Positions 41,940 through 56,480 of a DNA stretch of 64,000 nt are shown here, one piece after another. Position 1 is the stretch's first letter, and each line of letters begins with the position of its first letter. Under the pieces are notes generated by a model, which searched no databases, had not been told where the DNA came from, and saw nothing but the letters and a program-made list of their open reading frames with translations. The position numbers and the translations under genes are program-made. This DNA comes from the human T2T-CHM13v2.0 reference genome, Homo sapiens: NCBI RefSeq assembly GCF_009914755.1, contig NC_060925.1; one strand, 5' to 3'.

Positions 41940-44340
41940 ATGACTTTTTAGCTTCATGTCAGAATTGAGTGGAAAGTGCAGCCCCTTACCCTAACACACC
42001 TCATAGCCTCCCTCAGGATCAACGTCCAGCACCAACATGGTACATTTGTTACAATGGCAACTACACTGACACATCATTATCACCCAAAGTCCATAGTTTA
42101 CATTAGGATTCACTCTTGGTGTACATTCTTTGGATTTTCAGAAATGTATAATGATATGTTTCCACCATTACAGCATCATAAAGAATAGTTTCACTGCCCT
42201 AAAAATACTCTATGTTCTGCCGAAGTATCCCTCCCTTTCTCTAATCCCTGACAACCACTGTCTTTTTACTTCCTCCATAATTTTGGTTTTTCCAGAAAGT
42301 CATATTTCTTATGCTTTCTCTTTTATATTTGCAATGAATACAAGTCAATTGTCAAACAACACTTTTCTGCTTCACAGGTAGTGCACATACCTTACAATAA
42401 CAAATATACCTAATTTCTTTCTATTGTCTATTGTATTATTGATGTCATTCATTTCACTTATCCATAAGCATATAGGTATGTATGTATACACACATACACA
42501 TACAAACAGAAATATACAATTGGAAATATTTTTGTGATCATTATTTAAGACAAATTATTATCTGTTACATCAATTAAGAATAAGACAAAAGTTGTTTATC
42601 TTCACTGATTTCTTCTCTGACAGTCTTCTTTATGTAGATCCAAGATTCTGACTTATTTTCATTCTCTCTGAAGAACTTCTCTTAACATTTATTACAAGAC
42701 AAACAAAGTTCTTCAATTTTTGCTTGTCTGAGAAAGCCTTTATTTCTTCTTCATTTTGGAAGGATAATTTTAAAGGGTGCAGAAGTCCAAGTTGATCTGT
42801 TTTTTTTTCTCTCTTAAAACTAAAAATTTCACTCCATTTTCTTCTTGCTTGTACAGTTTCTGAGGGGAAGTCAGATGTTATTTTTGATCTTCTTGAATTT
42901 GAATATGACATGCCTTGATTTCTTTTCTTTATTTTTTATTTCTTTTTTTTTTTTTTTTTTTTTTGACATTTTGTCTGCTCGGTAATTTCTAAGCTTCCTG
43001 GATCCATGGTTGGTGTCTGACAATAATTTGGGGGTAATTCTCAGTCATTTTCCTTTAAATATTGCTTTTGTTGCTTCCTCTTTTTATTCTGCTGATATTC
43101 CCATTACACATATGTTACACCTTTAGTAGTTGTCTCACAGTTTTGAGATATCTTGTTATTTTTTTTTCAGTCTTTTTTTTCTCGTTGCTTTTTCATTTTG
43201 AAAGTTTCTATTAACATACCCTCAAGTTCATAGATTCTTTCCTTAGCCATATCTAATCTATTAATAAGCCCATCAAAGGCATTCATTTCTAATACAGCTT
43301 TTTCAATTTCTAACATTTCTTTTTGATTTTTTTCTTAGAATTCCCATCTCTCTGCTTACAGTATTTATGTTCCTGCATATTGTCTACTTTGTCCATTAGA
43401 TCCTTAGCACATTAAGTATAGTTGATTAATCTTATAGTCTGATCATTCCAACATCCCTGCCATATCTAGGTCTGATTCTGATGCTCGCTGTCACTTCAAA
43501 CTTTGTTTTTTGCCTTTTAATATTTCTTGTAATTTTTTGTTGAAAGGCAGACATGATGTACTATGTAAAATAAACTGCTACAAATAGACCTTTAGTGATG
43601 TGGTGGTTAGTGTGGAGGTGGAGGCAGGTGGGCAGGAAGCCTTCTGTAGTCTTATGAGTAGGTCTCAGTCTTTTAGTGACTCTGTGTCCTTGGGTTGTGA
43701 ACTCCACAAATGACTTTTAGTGTTTTGGTTTTTTTCCACCCTTTTAGGTGGTATAGGATAAAGGCTGAATTTGGATATTTCCCTTTCTCTAGGTGTTAGA
43801 GTCTAATAAACGCCCAAACAGGTTGGGCTCTCATAAAAAGGTTTCTCTGAGGGCCGGTCTTGTCAGGTACAACAAACAGAATTCTGTGGTGTACTTCAAA
43901 GGGGTTACTTTCCCCCTCCCACTCCCAGAGCCCAAGTGGATTTTTTGCTCTGATCTTCACTGTGAGAACCTGGTAAAGGTGCTGGAAATAAAATCCACGG
44001 AAGTGTGGATCCCAACCCTACATTCATGGCTCGGTTCCCCTGGAGATTTTATGGGTCATCCTTGTCCACACTGAGACTCCAGCGGTTCTTCTCTTATAGT
44101 TCAGATTCTCCTACTCCAGCGCTGGTTCCCACAGAGGTTTCTGCTTGTGAGTTTCTGCTCTGATAGTTGTGATTCTCTGTATCTGCCTCTCTGTGTCTCC
44201 AGTTAGAGGGAGACATTAGTTTACCCTGTGGCCTCACTTCTCTGATGGGCCTAAGAAAAACTGTTGATTTTTCAGTTTGTTCCGTTTTTCACTTGTCTTC
44301 AGGATGAATTGGCAACTTCTAAGCTCCTTATGTGTTAGAC
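41940..44340 (-). mobile_element. L1MC/L1MD-type element: 3' end joined to ORF1/5' region
   Basis: 3' UTR motif ACACTGACACATCATTATCACCCAAAGTCCATAGTTTACATTAGG at ~42.06 kb; ORF 42630-42911 (ITSDFPSETVQARRKWSEIF..PLKLSFQNEEEIKAFSDKQKLKNF) is L1 ORF1p-like. Confidence 0.75.
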
Positions 44341-44344
44341 CATT

Positions 44345-45100
44345 GCTTCACACATTTTAAAATTCTATTATTAGGTGCTTATACATGTAGGCTTGTTAGG
44401 TTTTCCTGATGAAATGACCTTTATATCATTAAGAAATATCTATCTTTATCCCTGGTCATAAACCTTATTTTAAAGTGTACTTTTACTGTTATTTAAATAG
44501 CTATGTTAGCATTCTTAGGTTTATTGTTTACCTGTATCTTTTTCTATTTATGTGCTTATCTGTGTTTTTATATTTAAAAGGATTTTTTTGTAGATGGTAT
44601 ATAGTTTAATCTTGTTTTCTTATATAATCTAGTAATCTCTCCCTCTTCAGTGTAGCTTTTAGACCATCCACAATTAATTTATTTACCAATAAGGATGGGT
44701 TTAAGCCTACTGTATTGCTATACATTTTCTTTTAGTTACACGTTCTCCCTTTTTCTGTCCTTTTTAAAGGTTAACTGTGTATTACTAGAATTACATTTTC
44801 TCTCCAATATGAAATTATTAAATATACTGCTTTTGAGTTCTTTTAAAGGATTGATTTCACATTTACAATACGCGTCTTTAACTTTTTACAGTCTACTTTC
44901 AAATGATGTTTTTATATTCACTTTCAAATTATATTCTATGTTTTCCCCACATAGTGGAAAATCCTTATAACAAAATACTTACATTTCCCCCTCCCATCCT
45001 TTGTGCTATAATTTCTCATTTTGCTACATATTTTATAACTCACATAATATATTGTCATATTCTTATTTTAAATAGTTGATTATTTCTTACAGCAATAAAG
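44345..45100 (-). mobile_element. Old L1M fragment (resumes after the nested L1)
   Basis: TATTATTAGGTGCTTATACATG..TGACCTTTATATCATT..; diverged antisense L1. Confidence 0.55.
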
Positions 45101-45880
45101 ATGTGAATCGTGGGGGTTATTTCAGTCCAGAAACATTTTTGATAATATGGTTAGCTTAAAATTTTTTCAGACTACCTAGGAAGTGTCACCTCAGGCTTCA
45201 AACCCTTATGTGTGCCAAACAATGATCACAAATTCACAATGGAGAGTATTTTTTCTCCTACCACTCAGTGCCAGAGCTTATTATAACCAACTGTTCTTTA
45301 GTCCTGGGGTGGATATATTTATCTCGGCTTCATCACACATATTCTACAAGATTCCTCACCATGGCTAAGGCCTGGACTTTGTATCTTGTCTCCTGAGCTC
45401 CACAAGTCTAAGAAAATTAGTGCTCATTTCACTCCTCTTGGCACATGACTTTATTTTTGGCTGAAATATTCTTCACTTTAATGCCAGCTCATGAGTGCAT
45501 TTAATCAAAAAGTATTTCATCTTTTTTATTTTTGTTTTTAGTATTTTCAATTGAAGAGATGTTATTCCTCTAATAGTAATCTATTCATCATAATGCTGGA
45601 AATAAAAATCAATCATAACAGACCCAATTTGAAAGAGAGGCTTCAGGGAAAGATGGCAGAGTAAGAGCATGGGCTTTCTTTCATGATGTTCATTGAAATT
45701 TAAAAAAAATAAAGTTTCACTATCTTCAAACTGAAGAGCACTATTACATACCATAAACCTAGAGGACTATCTGTCAGGTAGAGTTTGTATCATGTTGAAT
45801 GGACACACGTGCACTAAACCCAAACATTGTGTGTTTCAGGTGATAAGGAAAAGGAATCATTTGGCTTTTATTTAAGAATG

Positions 45881-46192
45881 GGCCAGATGCAGTGGCTCAC
45901 ACCTGTAATCCTAGCACTTTGGGAGGCTGAGGCGGGTGGATCACCTGAGGTCAGGAGTTCGAGATCAGCCTGGCCAACACAGTGAAACCCCATCTCCACT
46001 AAATATACAAAAAATTAGCCGGGCATGGTGGCACACACCTGTAGTCCCAGCTATTCAGGAGGCTGAGCCATGAGGATCGCTTAAGCCTGGGAGTCGGAGG
46101 CTGCAATGAGCGAGGATTGCGCCATTGCACTCTAGCTGGGCACCAAAAGCAAAACTCTGTCTCACAAAAAAAAAAAAAAAAAAAAAAAAAAA
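45881..46192 (+). mobile_element. Alu (S-like left arm, J-like right arm)
   Basis: GGCCAGATGCAGTGGCTCAC..., poly-A tail of ~26 nt. Confidence 0.95.
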
Positions 46193-46244
46193 GAGAGACA
46201 ATGAGGGTTCTAATCTAATAGGCCTGCGTTTAGCTTTGGAGTTT

Positions 46245-46420
46245 CCATATTTGAGGCTTGAGCAAGTTAGTTATGCTTCTGTTCCCTCAACTGTAATATG
46301 GAGATAATAACACCTACCTCAGAAATTTGTTGAAAGGATCAAATAAAATGAAGTCTTCTTTAAAGATTTAGCACAACTCTTGGTACTTTATGATTATACA
46401 AACAACAGTTTGCTGTCAAT
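46245..46420 (+). mobile_element. MIR fragment
   Basis: TTGAGCAAGTTA..CTGTAATATGGAGATAATAACACCTACCTCAG..GGATCAAAT. Confidence 0.6.
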
Positions 46421-46614
46421 CACTATAACAACATTAAGAAATCATGCAGGTCAACCACACTAATTTATAGAAATGAATGTTGGGTTCATGGATGGGAATA
46501 CTTCATAGTGGCCCATTTTCCTGCTATGGAACAATAGAACTGAAAGAGAATCTGTATGGAATGAATATATACATATATTTAACATGTAACATGTTACTTT
46601 TATATTATATATAG

Positions 46615-47790
46615 TAGCAATTTTTTTGAACAGTTTTAGGTTTACCCAAAAAAATTGAGAGGAAAGTGCAGATTGTTTTCTTATACTCCCTTTACCCACA
46701 ACCCAGTTTCCCATTATTAACATCTTGCACCAGTGTGGTACTTTTGTTACAATGGATGAACTAGTATTGATAAATTATTATTAACTAAACTCCATAGTTT
46801 AAGTTTCACTTTTTTGTGTGCCTTTTATGGGTTTTAGTAAATGTATATTGACAGGTATCCATCATTGTATTATATAATATATAGTATTATATATTACTCT
46901 ATTAATATATTGTATTATGTAATATAGAGAAGAACTTCCCTGCCCTAAAAATTCCCTGTGCTCTGCCTATTCATGCATTCCTCCCTTCCTCTCTCCCCAC
47001 AAACTCCTGACAATCAGTGATCTTTTTATTGTCTCTGTAGCTTTTCTTTTTCCACGTTGTCATATTGTTGGATTCATGCAGTGTGAAGCCTTTAGATATT
47101 GGTTTCTTTCACTTAGAAATATACATTTAAGGTTCCTCCATATCTTTTCATGACTTGATAGCTCATTTCTTCTTATCACTGAGTTATATTTTATTTTACA
47201 GGTGTACCAATTTGTTTATCCATTTACCCACTGGAGGACATCTTTGTTGCTTTCAAGCTTTGGAAATTATGAATAAAGTTGCCTTGAACGTTCTTATGAA
47301 GGTTTTTGTGTACATACGATATCACCTCATTTGGCTAAATACTAAGGAGCATGACTATTGGATCATATGGCAAGAATATGCTTAGTTTTATAAGAGACTA
47401 CTAAACAGTCTTCTAAAGTAGCTGCATCATTTTGCATGACACCACCAATAAGTGAGAGTTTCTATTGCTTCCCGTCCTCATCAACATTTGGTGTTGTCAT
47501 GCTTTGTATTTTAGCTATTCTAATAGGTGTGTAGTGGTATCTTGTTGTTTTAATTTGCAATGCCCTATTGACATGCAATGTTGAGCATTTTCTTCTATGC
47601 TTAATTGACCTTTGTGTATCTTCTTTGGTGAGCTTTCTGTTCGGATATTTTGTCCCTTTTTAACCTTTTTTTACTGATGAGTTTTAAGAGTTCCTTATAC
47701 ATTTTAGATTCTAGTTTTTTATCAGATATGTGTTTTAGAAATATTTTCTCCTAGTCTAAGACTTATCTTTTCATTCTCTTAGTAAGATTT
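46615..47790 (-). mobile_element. L1MC-type 3' fragment
   Basis: TTTTTGAACAGTTTTAGGTTTAC..CAGTGTGGTACTTTTGTTACAATGGATGAAC.., continuing into the ORF2 3' end. Confidence 0.8.
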
Positions 47791-48539
47791 TTTTGGATAC
47801 ATTTTTTCCAGCTAACCAAGAAAGAAGAGATCTAGGAACACTAAGATAAAAAAGAAATGGAATACAACTTTATGGGAGTCAGCTGTGCAGCTTATACCAA
47901 ATGCCAAGTAATCAGAGAAAATATGCAGACCCTCCAAACCAATGGCTCTCACCCAAGCAAGTGGCTTACCCTCAAGAACACTTACTCTTCCATTTCCCAC
48001 AAGCAGCACACAATGTCCTGAGGAAAGTTGATAAAAACTTTTAGAGGGAAAGTGTTGGGAGTCAGGATATTTCAGCTGCTTTCTTCCTTATCTACTTCCT
48101 AATTCCTTTCAGAAAGCAAAATAACTATCCAAATAATATAAACTGGCACTACTTGATATCTAGTATCTTGATGCACAGGAAAGCAAAGGATGTGGGGATG
48201 TAGATTTCATTTACACTTGATTGGATCAAATAAGTCAGGATAGATCTGTGTCCACTCAAAAATAAATAAACAAAAAGTAAGAAAAACTTATACAAAATTC
48301 GTAATTTAATTGATGGAGAAAAAAACACATGGAAAACTAATAGGAAAAGTACATTTTAGGAAATGACATACCATGAAGCAGAAGAAAATTGTAAGGGGTT
48401 CCTTCCCACACTTAATATGCATTTTCAAAATACGAAGAGATAATGTGTCAAAAGAATGTAATAGAAAAGAAATTAGAACTGAGAAAAAATAAGAAAAAGA
48501 AAAAAACAGAAAGAGGGAGAGTAATCACAAAGATGCAAA

Positions 48540-48750
48540 TAACACTATGTGCCAGGCAATGTTTAATTAATTTATATATTAATAGATTTAATTATTATGA
48601 TAACATTATGAGTTAGCTACGTTTATATCTCAATTTTACTAATGAATAACCTGGTTAAGTAACTTGCCAAAGGTCACTAAACTAGTAAGTCTTAAAGCTG
48701 GGATTTGAACCCAGGCAGCAGAGTTTCAGAATCCATACATTTAACTAATA
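48540..48750 (-). mobile_element. MIR
   Basis: GGTTAAGTAACTTGCCAAAGGTCAC..GCTGGGATTTGAACCCAGGCAG, MIR core. Confidence 0.75.
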
Positions 48751-48759
48751 TATCAGTAA

Positions 48760-49150
48760 GGTTTGCAAAGTTATGTTATGCTGATGAACAGCCTTAAAAA
48801 CTCAGTGGATGCAAAAACAAAATCTCTCTCTCTCACTCTAGTTGTCCAAAAGCAAGTCAGTAGGGAGACCCAAGTTGTCGGAGTCAATCAGGGATGAAGA
48901 CTGAGGAAAACTTCATCTTGATTTGTGTTTCCATTATCACCCACAGCAGGTTTAGGGAACATTCAGTGTCCTGCACTGGCAATGAAAAGATTCTGTCCAG
49001 AAGTAACATTTAGAGCATAGGCTTCCATTTCATTGGCCAAAGCAAACCATACTTACTTTTGAGAAGTGGAGGTGGAGAAACACAACCTCATAACATGTGT
49101 GAAAGAAATAGGAAAACTGGCATATTTGTAAATAAATCTAACGACTTCCA
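48760..49150 (-). mobile_element. Old MLT1-type LTR fragment
   Basis: AAAAACTCAGTGGATGCAAAAACA..CCATTTCATTGGCCAAAGCAAACCAT. Confidence 0.5.
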
Positions 49151-49999
49151 CAACTGTTCTGCTATAGTGCCTTTCTTATTACCTTGCCTTTCTCTGAAGC
49201 CACTACAGAAACATCAAAAAGAATTATGGAAAAGGTCTTGAGTATACAAAGAATGTAGAATAAAAGACTGTGAAATAAAGTATTGACAGATATCATACAT
49301 TAGATGGAAAAGAGATCTAAAATACAGATGAATTGCTTATGGTAAACTTATAAAAGAAATCACAAATTATTGAAGATTTTTTTTAATCTAAAGGGATACC
49401 TGAATCTTTCAATTTTAAGATCTTTAAGATCTTCTGTGTTTCAAGAGGAATCATGCAGACAGGTATTTAATTTTATGATAATTGAGGAAAAATAAAGAAA
49501 ACATAAGAATCAGACACAAAAAGGAATCAGCCTACCCTGGAGCTCCCCAGCTGTGTTAGATGGCACAAAGCTCTGAAACTGTCCACAGAGTTTGGAGGGG
49601 AAACTGACTGAAGACACCCTTCCCCACCAGTGTGCAGACTGCATTCAAATGTGAAGGTAACCTGAAGGCATTCTGAGGATACAGAGACTCAAGAAGTGCT
49701 TTACTCATGTGACATCTCTAAAAATTCTACTTAAAAATGTAATTCTAAGTAACTCAGCAATGATTTTAAATTTAAAAAATCAGGAGTGGGTAAGTGATGA
49801 AGTAAAATGACTGGTGAATTACTTAAATGCATAATTACATTAAATAACAACAATACTTGATTTTAAAAACCTGAAGATATGGAAATAGAAGTGAAGGAGC
49901 CAATTAGAATATGGTGAGGAGGTGAGTAATGTCAATATATATGCTTATTTTCTCATATTTAAAGGGTAGTCTGTAGCGTCCTGTTAAGAAGTAAAGATC

Positions 50000-50293
50000 T
50001 CCAGACACTGTGACTCACACCTGTAATCTCAACACTTTGCAAGGCAGAGTTCGGCTGATCACTTAAGCACAGGAGTTCGAGGGCAGCCCCAACATGGCAA
50101 AACCCTGTGTCTACTAAAATACAGAAATTAACCAGGCGTGGGTGGCATGCACCTGTAGTCCCAGCTACTTACTTGGGAGGCTGAGGTTGGAGGAACACCT
50201 GAGTTGGAGGTTGCAGTGAGCCAAGATTGTGCAACTGCACTCCCGCCTGGTGACAGAATGAGACCTTGTCTCAAAAAAAAAAAAAAAAAAAAA
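50000..50293 (+). mobile_element. Diverged Alu (J/old S)
   Basis: CTCACACCTGTAATCTCAACACTTTG...GAGACCTTGTCTC-polyA; AAAGATC on both flanks. Confidence 0.9.
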
Positions 50294-52180
50294 TGAAAGA
50301 TCAAGGTGTATAAACTAAAATTATAAATATCATTCTATTAGAGTTAAAAATAAATTAAAAACAATTTATTTAACAAAAATATGTACTTGAGTTCAAAGAT
50401 CAAGAACAAACAAAATAACAAGTAATCATTAAAAAACAAGCAATAACAAGAGAACATATAATTATGATGGCAGAAGATAAAACATATCTACTGTCATGGT
50501 ACTAAATGAGTCATACAAAATAACCTATTAAAATTGAATGATTTTCACGTGCCAAAATAAGTAAGAAAATACTGTATAATGTGTATATATTTTATAAAGT
50601 ACAAATAATATTAATCACAAGAAAAAGTAAAGAATAAAACAGTTGCAGGCTTTTCCAGGTCTTCATTCTAGGATCATGTCTCACTAAGGGTATTTTAATT
50701 TTTCAGGCACTTATTGGTTGAGTGGGATCAAGATGGCCTCTTATACTGAAGTCATCACTGTGGTGCATATTATAATTGTGGGATTCCAGGTTAGTGTCTA
50801 ATAAGTCTATGGTCCTTTCTCCAAGGCAATTACCTTTGCTACTTCAGATTTTTTGTTTGTTTGCTTTTCTTTAAAAGTTAGAGAATATAGGATGATAGTG
50901 CCTTTCTCTTACAGACGGAAACTCGTATGTGATGATAAAGTCCACAGTCAAAGAAAGGGGTTCAGCTTCCCTTTGATGTAAGCACAGCTGTTTTTGGAAG
51001 ATATTGGTTCCCTTAATTCATAGAAAAAGAGAACACGAATAATCAAAGTTTCATTTCCAGAATAGAGAGTAGTGAATTTAAGTTTCAAAAGGGAAATCTT
51101 GAACCCAGATGAGAAGAGGAAAGGCAGCAGGGAAGGCAAGTGGGGTTCAAATACTTAGATATGACAATGGCCAGGGATAAATAGTTCAATGCTCTGAGAA
51201 TTTTTTCCGTATGATTTTTCTATATATAACTGTGCAAACCGCAGTTCGCAGTGTCTGATAGAAAACCCACTGAAATTTAAGTTAGAAGACTGAATTCTAA
51301 GAATGGGTCTGTGACAAATGGCATGATGTGAAGGAAGTCAATTAGTTTGAATGTGCTTCTAAAATGGACATAGTGACTATTACACTATTTCTGCCCCACT
51401 GGGTAAATGAGAGGCAATGCAGTGACTTCCTTGGAAAAAGGCAGTATAGATAGCATTACTTTTGAATGTTGGACGTGTCAATAGAATAAACTTTTAAAAT
51501 GTGCCAAAAAGCCTCGGAGGTTTCGTCTGCGTGAAATGTGACCATTATTTAAGTCTTCGAGAGATTAGAAGTAAAGCAATGTCTGGCAAGCAATGTTCAA
51601 AAAACAATTTATTACACTAGATTGTCAAGAAAACCTTAAGAATAAATATCACCAAACCAATTCTAGCCTTTCATGAGATCAGAGAACTGGCTATTCTGTT
51701 GAAAAGAGCTACTGAGCAGAAATATTATATTAAGACAGTACCTAGTATGAATATTGTCCTCTCAAAAATTCTATTTTCTTCTTTTGAATTTTAGATTTCA
51801 CTTTACCTGTTTATTGATTTCCTTTCATCTGGTATCTGGATCATCTCTTTTCTAAGTTACAACCTATACAAAAAGTATTGCAGTTTAAGTTTACTAGAAT
51901 TAGAGCAGGAGATAGGAGAATTTTGCTACAGCTTTGAAAAATGCACATTTATCCCATGTAATGAGAATGCTTATCACATCGTATCATTTGCAGACCAATC
52001 TGCTTATCTTTAATGTTGCAAAATGTAAGTAAGTAAAGCTGTAGAAGTTATCAATTTATCCTGTATATGTCACCTCCACCATTTCCATACATTTAAACTC
52101 TAGCCATATTTTAAGTTTCTGCTTAGTATCGACATCTTCCCCTAGACCTTCCCTGCCTGACCACTCTCTGGCCAAGCTGA

Positions 52181-52509
<329 letters not shown>

Positions 52510-52849
52510 AGACTAATTTTTAATATGGCATTTACCACTTCCTAACTTTTATTATGTTCACGTCCTCCCTTTGCTACCAAATCTTTTGGGAAGCACCGTG
52601 TCATCACATTTTTTTGTTTTCTCTACACTCAGTGTTTGGCACATAAGGAATGTTCACTAAATTGTTGCATAAGTTAACTTTTAATTGGTCTATAATTTGA
52701 ATTCATTGTGCCTTTTGAAGATAAAGAAGAAACAACTTTACATCTCCAGCAAACATGAATTGAATGTCTATCTTGGAACTTATAGAAGTTTCATGAATAT
52801 AGGCTGATACTGCCAATATTTGAAAACTACTTAAAAGTTTTTCTTTTAA

Positions 52850-53790
52850 AAAAAAATCTTTACTGGGACATAATTAACATTCCATAAAATTTACCCACTT
52901 AAAATGTGCAATTTAATGGTTTTAGCAAATTCATGGGGTTGTGTAACCATCACCACCAGCTAAGCTTAGAACATTTTTATCATGCTGTAAAGAAAACCAG
53001 TACCCATTAGCAGTCACCTCCTGCTACCCTCCCCGCTTCCTAACCACTGTGTCTAACCCTCAGCAACCACTAATCTACTTCTGTATCTGTAGATTTGTTC
53101 ATTCTGAAAATTTCGTATAAATAGAATACCACAATATGTGCTATTTTTTAACTGATTTATTTCACTTAGCATAATGTTTTCAAAGTTCATTCATGTATCA
53201 GTGCTTCATTCTTTTTTATGGTTGAATGATATTCAATTGTATGGATATACCACAATTTATTTATCCATTCATCAGTTGATAAACATTTATGTTGCTTCCA
53301 ATTTTTGGCTATTATGAATAATGCTGGTATGAACATTCATGTGTAAGATTTTGTGTGGGTGTTTGTTTTCATTTTTCCTAGGAACGGAACTACCAACTGT
53401 TTTTCAAAGCGGCTGCACTATTTTACATTTCCACCAACAATGTATGAGGATTACAATTTCTTCACATCTTCAGCATCACTTGTTATTGCCTGTCTTTTTT
53501 ATTTTAGCTATCCTAGTGGGTATGAAGTGCTAACTCATGCGGTTTGATTTGCATTTCTCTAATGGCTAATGTTGTTGAGCATCTTTTCATTTTTTACTGG
53601 TCATGTATTTATCTTCTTCTGAGAAATGTTTATTTAATTCCTTTGCTTAATTTTCAATTGGGTTGTTCATGTTTTTTTTCACTGAGTTGTAAGTGTAAGT
53701 TGTAAGTTATAGTTCCTCATCAGATATATTTTTTGCAAATATTTTCTTCCATTTTGTGAGTTGTCTTGTCTTGATAATGTCACTTAAAGC
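52850..53790 (-). mobile_element. L1MB-type 3' fragment
   Basis: CATAAAATTTACCCACTTAAAATGTGCAAT..GCAACCACTAATCTACTTCTG..GGCTATTATGAATAATGCTG. Confidence 0.85.
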
Positions 53791-54199
53791 AATTAGGGAG
53801 TTTTGTTTGTTTCTTTTTAAGCCATTTTAAGACTTCTTTAGAAGATATTCAAGTTTTGACTACCTTAAACAGATAGTTTTCAATTGTCTATTATTGGCTT
53901 ACTACATAAAACAACATGGAAAAAGTCTTTACTTTCCAGAATTTTTCACTGAATGGGAAACTAGAAAATTATTTTTGTACTTACTTTCTTGCTTAATAAT
54001 GAAAATCTTTTAGGCTACAAATTTGTCTTGAAATATAGTATTGCCTACATTATATTTATTATTCCACTGTATTTCAAATATGGTTTTAACTTCCTAGATG
54101 ACAAAACAATTAAATTAGGGAAATCTTTTTAAAATTGTTAAGTACAAGAGAAATAGATTATATATATATATATATCATAAAGGAGAAGGAAATGGCAAC

Positions 54200-55445
54200 T
54201 CTTTGTATTTACTTGGAAAATTGAAAGATTCAACACAAACTTTGGTAAATGTTTCAGTACAAAATGCATAAGCAGAAATGAATAGCCCCCATATCCACAA
54301 ACAACAATGCATTAGAAGATATATGAAAATAATGGTTCTGTTAATAATAATTGAAAAATATAAAGTATCTATGTATAAATTTAACCAGAAATGTACAGGT
54401 TATATGAAGAAACAATAAAACTGCAATAAATGACACAAAATAACAAAATATTTGGTTTTCAGAAAGGAAAATTCATTCATAATGATATTACTTCTATTTA
54501 AGCTGTTTTATAAATTTAGCATGATCTCAGCAAAATTTTTAAAAATTAGATACGCTACTATTAAACTATGGATAAAAATTAAAAATTCTTTAAATCCAGA
54601 GAAATAAAAAATAATGAGAAGGAACTATGTGGCTTTATTAATCAAAACATTCTCAAAAACTTCCAAGGAAAAGTATTGAAAGTTTAAATCACACTGAACT
54701 ACTTTATTTGACAATGGTAACATGTTAAATCAACAAAAGAAAGATGAATCATTCAAAGAATAGTGTTGGACCAACTGAGTAACCAGTTGGAGAAAAAAAA
54801 TAAAGTTGGATTCTAATTTAAAAATTTTACATAGATCAAATATTTAAATGTTAAAAAATTTAAAAACCTAAATTCCTAGAAACAACTATGGTAGCATTTT
54901 TTAAAATCTCAGAGTGGGGAAAGTGCTTCTAAGAAATATACCACAATCTAAAGCCATATAAGTAAAGACTGATGAATTCAGTTAGATAAAATTTCCAGAT
55001 TGGAAAAATCATGAAAAACCTAAGTCAAAAGATAAACAGGCAGTATAAAAATAAAAGCAAATGCAACTCAACTCAGAAAAAGAAATAATTACTTCGATAC
55101 ATAAAGAGCACCTGGAAATGAATGAGAATAAGTTGAAGAAGGCAACAAAATTTGGGCAAGTAATTTTTACAACTTCCTCATGGATCAGGAAAGCCAGTCT
55201 TAAACTCCAAAATGCTCCAACTTACTCACAATAAGAAAAATGCAAGGGAAAATTAAGAGATAAATTTTATCACTTAGATGGGTGAATATCCAAAGTTTAT
55301 GTTAGCTATAGTGGGAAAATAGGGAAACTTTAAATGTAGGAGGGAGTGAAAATTCTTTCAAGCTGTATGAAGAGCACATCAGAAATACTTACCAAAATTT
55401 GAAATGCACATAGTCATACCCTTTCATCCAGCAATTCCATAGCTT
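54200..55445 (+). mobile_element. Old L1ME-type ORF2 fragment
   Basis: Diverged sense L1 (ATAGTGTTGGACCAACTG.., CCCTTTCATCCAGCAATTCC). Confidence 0.55.
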
Positions 55446-55683
55446 GTTTTTAAATACTGTTGATTGAATTATTTTAGATACTCTAAACTTTTCCTTGCTA
55501 CTGGGTGTTTCTTTTTCTATTGCATCATCTAACTGTAGATTTTATACAAGAAGGTGTACTTGAATTATTACAATATTATTTATGTGAAATATGATACATT
55601 ACCCTATTATTTGGGGCAAAGTACTGCATATAACCTATATGTTTATAGTAGCAGAATTCGATGATAGATATATAACTATAAAA

Positions 55684-56055
<372 letters not shown>

Positions 56056-56249
56056 TGAAAAAGAGTAATTACAGCTACAATCCAGAATATTTCTGAAAAA
56101 TTATCCCTTCCCCAAATGTTAAGAAATATCATCTCTGCGTTCACCACAAAATTTTGCAGGCATTCTTCCATCTTTTTGTCGATGTGTAAAATTTACTTTT
56201 GCTACAACTAAATATCTATACTGTCACAGAAACATAAATAAGTGCCAAA

Positions 56250-56480
56250 AGGTGAGATAGTGTAGTGATAAGGATCACAGATTCAAGATCATCTGGACTC
56301 AAATGCTGCTTCATCACTAACTAGGTATGTGTCTTGGACAATTTATTTGTTGTGTTAGGTTATCATCATATCTATCAGGTAAAATAAGTGCATTCTAGTG
56401 AGAATTCAATGAGTTCACACATGCAAAATTCTTTGAATAGTGCCTGGTGCACAGTAAGCATTCAATATATGTTATCAGTT
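56250..56480 (+). mobile_element. MIR
   Basis: TAGTGTAGTGATAAG..GTGTCTTGGACAAT..GAATAGTGCCTGGTGCACAGTAAGCATTCAATA. Confidence 0.65.

Noticed and set aside
49200-49980. Possible old sense L1 ORF1 remnant
   Set aside because: Too diverged to delimit or name by eye.
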